From contig OZ220691.1 in assembly GCA_965116475.1 (NCBI GenBank), positions 2,240,001-2,304,000 of the forward strand: DNA of 64,000 nucleotides, read 5' to 3'. This DNA comes from Gemmatimonadota bacterium. Lineage in GTDB: Bacteria; Gemmatimonadota; Gemmatimonadetes; Palauibacterales; Palauibacteraceae. Each line of letters opens with the position of its first letter. The first letter of the stretch is position 1. Positions 58,336 to 64,000 of this stretch are shown one piece after another. The position numbers were made by a program, and so were the translations under genes. Under the pieces are notes generated by a model. It was not told the DNA's origin and made no database searches. It saw only the letters and a list, made by a program, of their open reading frames with translations.

Positions 58336-59939
58336 GGCCGCCCCCGCGGGCGCCGCCGCAGGTCCCGGAGGATCTCGAGCGCGGCGAGCCGCCCCGACGC
58401 CCCGCACACGCCGCCCCCGGGGTGAGTACCGGATCCGCACTGGTAGAACCCGCGCACGGGCGTCCGGTAGTCGGCCCACGCGGGCGACGGACGGAAGAAG
58501 AAGAGCTGCTGCGGCGTCAACTCGCCGTGGAAGATGTTGCCCTCGGTGAGCCCCAGTTCCTCCTGCATGTCCAGCGGCGTGAGCACCTGCCGATGGAGGA
58601 TGGAATCCTTGAGGTTCGGGACGTACTCCGAGAGCGTGTTGACGACCGCGTCGCCGAACGCCTCCCGCTTTGCGTCGTCCCAGCCGCCCTCGAGGTCGAA
58701 GGCGGCATATTGGACGAAGATCGACATCACGTGCCGGCCCGGCGGTGCCATCCCGGGGTCGATCATCGACGGAATCACGATGTCCATGTACGGCTGCCGC
58801 GAGAATCCTCCGTACTTCGCGTCGTCGTAGGCGCGTTCCAGGTAGTCCATGCTCGGACTGATGGAGAAGGCGCCCCGCAGGTGTGGCCCCCCGCCGGGCA
58901 GGCAGGAGAACTCCGGCGCCTCCGACAGCGAGAGGTTCACCTTCCCCGAGGAGCCGCGGATCCGGAAGCGCCGGATCGCCTCCACGAGATCGTCCGGCAA
59001 CTCTTCCGGGTCGAGCAGACCGAGGAAGGTGCGCTTCGGATCGACCCCCGACACGACCGTCTTCGCCGTGAGCTCCTCGCCACCTTCCAGGACGACGCCC
59101 GTCGCCCGCCCGTTCGCCGTCAGCACCCGCTCCACCGCGGCCCCGGTCCGGATCTCGGCCCCATGGGACCTGGCCGAGGAGGCGATGGACTCGCTGACCA
59201 TGCCGTTCCCGCCCCGCGCGAATCCCCACGCCCGGAACACGCCGTCGATCTCCCCCATGTAGTGATGGAGGAGGACGTACGCCGTCCCCGGAGACCGCGG
59301 GCCGAGGAAGGTTCCGATGATCCCGCTCGCGGACATCGTCGCCTTGAGCACATCCGACTCGAACCACTCGTCGAGATAGTCCGCCGCACTCATCGTCCCC
59401 AGCTTGAAGAGCGCGTGGAACTGCTGCTCGCCCAGTCCGCGCGCGTGCCGCCCCAGCATGAGCAGCGTCTTCAGATCGCGAACCCCGGGAGAGAGCGGGT
59501 TGGGCGGCACGACGCCGAGGAGGGGTTTCACGGTCCACGCGAGCTGGTACATGAGCGTCGCGAAATCGTCGTACGCCTCGGCGTCCTTCGGGGAATGGCG
59601 GTAGAGGTCGCGCCGCGTCTGGTCGTGGTCGGCCCAGCGCCCGAGATAGTCGCCGTTCGGGAGCGGCGTGACGGTGCTCTCGAGGGGGAGGATCTCCAGC
59701 CCGTGCCGCGCGAGCCGCAGATCGCGGATGATCTCCGGCCTCAGCAGGCTTACGACGTAGGACGCGACGGAATACTTGAAGCCGGGGAAGATCTCCTCCG
59801 TGACCGCGGCTCCGCCCACCAGGTGCCGGCGTTCGAGCACGACGACGCGAAGGCCCGCCCGGGCGAGGTAGGCCGCGTTGATGAGGCCGTTGTGGCCGCC
59901 CCCGATGATGATTGCGTCGTACGTATTCGTCGTATTCAC
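58332..59939 (-). CDS. Phytoene-dehydrogenase-like FAD oxidoreductase (COG1233), subunit A
   Basis: GGGHNGL, GGAAVTEE, YVLLHHYMGE, ERAYDDAKYG, GNIFHGE, CGSGTHPGGG. Confidence 0.88.
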   Translation of the reverse strand: MNTTNTYDAIIIGGGHNGLINAAYLARAGLRVVVLERRHLVGGAAVTEEIFPGFKYSVASYVVSLLRPEIIRDLRLARHGLEILPLESTVTPLPNGDYLGRWADHDQTRRDLYRHSPKDAEAYDDFATLMYQLAWTVKPLLGVVPPNPLSPGVRDLKTLLMLGRHARGLGEQQFHALFKLGTMSAADYLDEWFESDVLKATMSASGIIGTFLGPRSPGTAYVLLHHYMGEIDGVFRAWGFARGGNGMVSESIASSARSHGAEIRTGAAVERVLTANGRATGVVLEGGEELTAKTVVSGVDPKRTFLGLLDPEELPDDLVEAIRRFRIRGSSGKVNLSLSEAPEFSCLPGGGPHLRGAFSISPSMDYLERAYDDAKYGGFSRQPYMDIVIPSMIDPGMAPPGRHVMSIFVQYAAFDLEGGWDDAKREAFGDAVVNTLSEYVPNLKDSILHRQVLTPLDMQEELGLTEGNIFHGELTPQQLFFFRPSPAWADYRTPVRGFYQCGSGTHPGGGVCGASGRLAALEILRDLRRRPRGRP

Positions 59940-61144
59940 GGCGTGGCCCGTTTCCTGGCGGGGTCGAAGAACGGGGTCTTCGCCACCATCGCCCGGGCCC
60001 GGTCCCGCCGGTGTTCGACGGTCACCTCGATCTCGAGTTCGGTGCCGACGACCGCGGACGCCGCTTCGAGGTGCGCCAGTCCCAGATAGGTCTTGAGGGT
60101 CGGGGACCAGCCCCGGCTCGTGGCGTACCCCACCTGCCGCCCGCCGGCGTACAGCGGCACGCTGTCGCGCAGAGTCGTGCCCGGAAGCTGCGGGGGGAGG
60201 CCGACGGTCGCGTACGCCGCTTCGAGCGACTCCCAGTCGAGGGTGATGCCCCGGAAGCGCCAGGCGGGCGGGAGGTCCCGTTCGACCCGGAGCGCCGCCC
60301 GGCCCACGAAGTTCAACGCCTCGAGCGACACGGTCCAGCCGAGCCCGAGTTCGTACGGAGACGATTTCTGGTCGTCGATGACCGCACGGTGGGCCGGGAT
60401 GAAGTCGACGTCGACGAGGAGCAGGCCGGCCTCGAGGCGCGCCATGTCCAGGGCGAGCATGCCCGCCGGGGCGAGGCCGAACGGCTCACCCGCCGCCGTG
60501 AGGGCGTCCCACAGCGGAATCGCGTCCGCGGCGCCGACCCAGATCTCGTAGCCGAGGTCGCCCGTGTAGCCCGTCCGCGAGATCTCCGCGGCGATCCCCC
60601 CGATTCGCGCCGACATCACGCGGAAATAGCGGAGTCCCGCCACGTCGCCGTCCGTGATCCGCCCGAGCAGATCGCGCGAACGGGGCCCCTGGACGGCGAG
60701 CGCGGCCACCCGCTCCGTCTCCTCCTCGATGTTCACGTCGAGTCCGCGCGCGTTCTCGTGCAGCCACTTCAGCGTCGGTTCGGCGGACGTGAGGCGGAAG
60801 TCGGACGCGCCGAGCCGGTGCAGGGTGCCGTCGTCCCGCACCTTCCCCGCCGCGTCGCACCAGGGCGTGTAGTACACCTGCCCCACGTCCTGCTGCTCGA
60901 CATCCCGCGTGACGACCCGGTTCGCGAGCGCCGCCGCGCCCGGGCCCGACAGCCGGTACTTGTAGAGCGGCGAGACGTCGATGAGGGCGCACGCCGAACG
61001 GATGGCCTGGTACTCGTGCTCGTGGGTCGGCTCGTAGGAACCCGCCGAGAGATATCCGGCCCAGCGCCGCCAGTTGCCGGCCTGGCAGAGCCGACCGGTC
61101 CGCTCGTGAAAGGGCGTTCCCCGGACGACGGAAGGCGCTGGCAC
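59936..61144 (-). CDS. GcvT-like aminomethyltransferase (THF-binding)
   Basis: TPFH, DVSPLYKY, YTPWC, DDGT, SRTGYTGDLGYE, ARLEAG, PFFDP. Confidence 0.88.
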   Translation of the reverse strand: MPAPSVVRGTPFHERTGRLCQAGNWRRWAGYLSAGSYEPTHEHEYQAIRSACALIDVSPLYKYRLSGPGAAALANRVVTRDVEQQDVGQVYYTPWCDAAGKVRDDGTLHRLGASDFRLTSAEPTLKWLHENARGLDVNIEEETERVAALAVQGPRSRDLLGRITDGDVAGLRYFRVMSARIGGIAAEISRTGYTGDLGYEIWVGAADAIPLWDALTAAGEPFGLAPAGMLALDMARLEAGLLLVDVDFIPAHRAVIDDQKSSPYELGLGWTVSLEALNFVGRAALRVERDLPPAWRFRGITLDWESLEAAYATVGLPPQLPGTTLRDSVPLYAGGRQVGYATSRGWSPTLKTYLGLAHLEAASAVVGTELEIEVTVEHRRDRARAMVAKTPFFDPARKRATP

Positions 61145-61184
61145 GGTGATGTTCCGCGGGTGGCTGGCTGCCGGATCCGCTGAG

Positions 61185-63164
61185 CTAGCCGGGGAGCCGC
61201 AGGGCGACGAGTTCCGCGGGCACGCCACGCCCCGCCACGGCGGCGACGATGTACTGCCGGCCGTCGTGCATGTACGTCATCGGGACGCCGGTCTGGTGCG
61301 ACGGCAGTTCGATCTCGGCCAGGATCTCGCCCGTCTCCTTGTCGTGCGCGCGCAGGAGGCCGGTGCGGTCCGCCGACATCGTGCCCCCGCCCGTCCCCGC
61401 GAAGAGCAGCGTGCGCGTGGCGAGGAGTCCCGCCCGGCTGGGCCGCCCGGTGCGCGGCACGTCGACGCCTTCCAGCGCCGGGTGTTCCTCCACGAACGAC
61501 GGCGTGTGGTCGTTCGCGACCTGCCACACCATTTGTCCCGTATTCATGTCGAGCGCCGAGATCCGTCCCCACGGCGGCTTCAGGATCGGCAGGCCCTGCG
61601 GGCCGCCGACGCCCCGGGGACGTCCGGCGATGTAGCGCATGTTCGACGATTCGGGATCGTTCACGAGGCCGATCACGGTGCCGCGCGTCGCGGACCCCAC
61701 GAACAGGCGCTGCGTCTCCGGGTCGTACGCCGCGCCGGGCCAGTTCGCCCCGCCCAGGCTGCCGGGCGTGATGAGCGTCCCCTGGTTGCCCCCCTCGACG
61801 AGCACCGTCGGCGGCGTGAACAACTCGCCGAGCGTGAGGTTCTTCGCGATCTGGAGCGCTTCCGCCTTGAGTTCCGGCGTGAGGTCGATGAGGTCGTCCT
61901 CGGTCGCGCCCTGCATGTCGAACGGCACGGGGAGCGTCGGGAAGGGCTGCGTGGGCGCGTACCATTCCCCCGGCACGTCGCCGGCGGGCACGGGCCGTTC
62001 CTCGATCGGCCACACGGGCTCGCCCGTCACGCGGTCGAAGACGTACGTGAAGGCCTGCTTCGTCACCTGCGCGACGGCCGGGATCTCCCGCCCGTCCACC
62101 GTGATGTCCATCAGAACGGGCGCTGCCGGCGGATCGAAGTCCCAGATCCCGTGATGGACGGTCTGGAAATACCACACGACTTCGCCCGTGCTCGCGTCCA
62201 CGCACACGAGGCTCTGCGAGTAGAGGTTGTCGCCGGGACGGTGGCCACCGTAGTAGTCGCCCGTCCCCGCCTCCACCGGCAGATAGACGTAGCCCAGGTC
62301 GAGGTCCGCCGTGAACGGCGTCCAGACCGCGGCGTTCCCCGTGTAGTCCCAGGACCCGTCTTCCCACGTCTCGTGGCCGGGGTCGCCCGGCTGGGGGATC
62401 GTGTGGAAGGTCCACAGTTGCTCGCCCGTGCGCGCGTCGAAGCCCCGCACGTGGCCCGGCGGCATCTCCTTCGTCGGAGGACGTCCCCCCTGCGGGAGCG
62501 CGGCGCCGACGACGATCACATCTCCGACGACGACCGGGGGTGAACTCGATCCGATGCGGTCGTTCACCAGGTCCACTTCCCGCCCGAGTCCGAGCTTGAG
62601 ATCCACGATCCCCTCCTCGCCGAAGGCCGGGTCGGGGAGGCCGGTCTTCGCGTCCAGCGAGACCATGTGGTAGGCGGGGGTGATGAGAAGCACCCGTTCT
62701 TCGGCGCCATCCGTCCAGTAGCCGACGCCGCGCCCGGAGTTGCCGCGCGGCGCGTTCCGGCCGCGTTCGCCCTCGTCGAGCCGGTACATCCAGAGCGTCT
62801 CTCCCGTTGCCGGATCAATCGCCACCGCCGCCCGCCGGAATCCCGCCGTGGCGTACAGGACCCCGTTCGCGTACAGCGGGGTCACGCGGTAGTAGCCCTC
62901 GGGCGTCGGACCGAAGTTGCGCGCCTGCCAGCGCCACGCGATCTCCAGGTCCTCCACGTTCGAGGCGTCGATCTGGTCGAGCGGCGCGTAGCGCGTGGAG
63001 CCGGCGTCCCCGGCCCAGTAGCGCCATTCCCCGTCCGCCGTCCCGGACTGGGCGACCAGTGCGGAAGGCCCGGCGCCGAGTCCCATGCCGAGTCCCATGC
63101 CGAGTCCCGCGCCGAGCAGGACCAGGCTGCCCAGCCAGTTGGAACACCTGTTGCTTCCCTTCAT
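61185..63164 (-). CDS. PQQ-dependent (glucose-type) dehydrogenase
   Basis: RYAPLDQI, RGVGYW, GFDARTG, DYYGG.RPGDNL, FQTVHHGIWDFD, GGANWPG, PMTY. Confidence 0.9.
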   Translation of the reverse strand: MKGSNRCSNWLGSLVLLGAGLGMGLGMGLGAGPSALVAQSGTADGEWRYWAGDAGSTRYAPLDQIDASNVEDLEIAWRWQARNFGPTPEGYYRVTPLYANGVLYATAGFRRAAVAIDPATGETLWMYRLDEGERGRNAPRGNSGRGVGYWTDGAEERVLLITPAYHMVSLDAKTGLPDPAFGEEGIVDLKLGLGREVDLVNDRIGSSSPPVVVGDVIVVGAALPQGGRPPTKEMPPGHVRGFDARTGEQLWTFHTIPQPGDPGHETWEDGSWDYTGNAAVWTPFTADLDLGYVYLPVEAGTGDYYGGHRPGDNLYSQSLVCVDASTGEVVWYFQTVHHGIWDFDPPAAPVLMDITVDGREIPAVAQVTKQAFTYVFDRVTGEPVWPIEERPVPAGDVPGEWYAPTQPFPTLPVPFDMQGATEDDLIDLTPELKAEALQIAKNLTLGELFTPPTVLVEGGNQGTLITPGSLGGANWPGAAYDPETQRLFVGSATRGTVIGLVNDPESSNMRYIAGRPRGVGGPQGLPILKPPWGRISALDMNTGQMVWQVANDHTPSFVEEHPALEGVDVPRTGRPSRAGLLATRTLLFAGTGGGTMSADRTGLLRAHDKETGEILAEIELPSHQTGVPMTYMHDGRQYIVAAVAGRGVPAELVALRLPG

Positions 63165-63351
63165 ACGTTCCACTCCGCGTGGCTTGTGCGAAGCTCCAAG
63201 CGACCCCCGGGGCCTTCCCCGGCAACGCCCCTACAGTCCGATGCGACGCCCCGGCGGGCAACACTTCGCCTGCCTCGCAGTCTCGGCCGGTAGCTCGCGG
63301 ATTTCCGGCACACGACACTAGATTTTGCGTCGTCGGAAGCGCGGGAGATCC

Positions 63352-63837
63352 ATGAGACTTCGTGGCTTGGTGATACTGACAGCGGCCACCGCGCCTGGCC
63401 TGTCGTGTAGCGGGGAGGCAATCGGGCCGCGGGGCAGCCTGTGCGACACGCGGCACGGGGCCGAGGTGTGCGTGGACCGGCCCGAGTACCGGTCCAACGA
63501 GGTCATCGTCATCACCACGCGCAACGTGTCCGACGGTCCGATCTTCAAGGATGCGTGCGGTACGACCGCGTTGCCCGATCCGGATTCCGAAGAGGACTTC
63601 AGGCCGGCCTACAATCCGCGGCGACACTGTGGCCCGGGGGTCACGCGAACCGTAATCGTGGAGCGCATGGTGAGGCTCGAACCCGGAGCATCGACCACGG
63701 AGATCCTGCGGTTGGGTTACTCTCCGCAGGACTTCTTACGCGTGACGGTGTGGCTGCTGACGCCGGACGGGGAGCCGGCCTTCGCCACGCCGGCGACGAG
63801 CGGCGTCTTCGTCATCTTCCCGGGAGCGAACAACTGA
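63352..63837 (+). CDS. Hypothetical lipoprotein
   Basis: GGAG RBS, lipobox-like GLSC, LCDTRHGAEVCVDRPEY. Confidence 0.65.
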   Translation: MRLRGLVILTAATAPGLSCSGEAIGPRGSLCDTRHGAEVCVDRPEYRSNEVIVITTRNVSDGPIFKDACGTTALPDPDSEEDFRPAYNPRRHCGPGVTRTVIVERMVRLEPGASTTEILRLGYSPQDFLRVTVWLLTPDGEPAFATPATSGVFVIFPGANN

Positions 63838-63869
63838 ACCACGAACCCCCGAACCTTCGGAGACCGAAG

Positions 63870-64000
63870 ATGTCGCGCAGGCTGCTCATGTCCATTCCGG
63901 CCGCCGTGCTCCTGCTGTCGTGCGGTGAGGACGCCACGGGCCCCGTGGGTTCGCTCTGCGCGACCCAGCACGGCCTCGAGGTCTGCGTGGACCGGCCCGA
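63870..64000 (+). CDS. Hypothetical lipoprotein paralogous to the preceding gene (truncated by window end)
   Basis: MSRRLLMSIPAAVLLLSCGEDATGPVGSLCATQHGLEVCVDRP. Confidence 0.7.
   Translation, partial: MSRRLLMSIPAAVLLLSCGEDATGPVGSLCATQHGLEVCVDRP

Noticed and set aside
56707..59939. Carotenoid biosynthesis (crtI/crtO)
   Set aside because: No crtB/crtE/crtY nearby, and coupling to a GcvT-like gene argues otherwise.

Overview
High-GC bacterial chromosomal window. The gene content (6-bladed beta-propeller lipoprotein, VPS10/BNR hydrolase, choice-of-anchor B, Oar-type TonB receptor, several secreted amidohydrolases, PQQ dehydrogenase, DUF222-HNH) suggests Gemmatimonadota, possibly Ca. Palauibacter-like; this is inference only. 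It holds about 50 CDS, including mtaB, rho, a trmJ-like methyltransferase, proC, mdh, class I aldolase, hutF and a fabF-like gene. There are four tRNA genes without encoded CCA: Val-CAC, Gly-CCC, Ser-TGA and Gly-TCC. Accessory or toxin-antitoxin material sits at the 3' ends of three of them. No CRISPR array, integrase or transposase was seen. Most notable observations: (1) a stand-alone FabF with catalytic His->Asn and a thiolase-like GHP motif; (2) an NCS2 permease with a degenerate substrate signature fused to an RsbW-like pseudo-ATPase, a possible transceptor; (3) a coupled GcvT-like + two phytoene-dehydrogenase-like flavoprotein operon; (4) rho with its low-complexity N-terminus in another frame; (5) a DUF222-HNH gene whose internal 18-bp palindrome recurs upstream; (6) three hipBA operators at exact 50-bp spacing; (7) an unannotated fitAB scar behind tRNA-Ser; (8) a recurring stutter of short tandem duplications that often contain start or stop codons.
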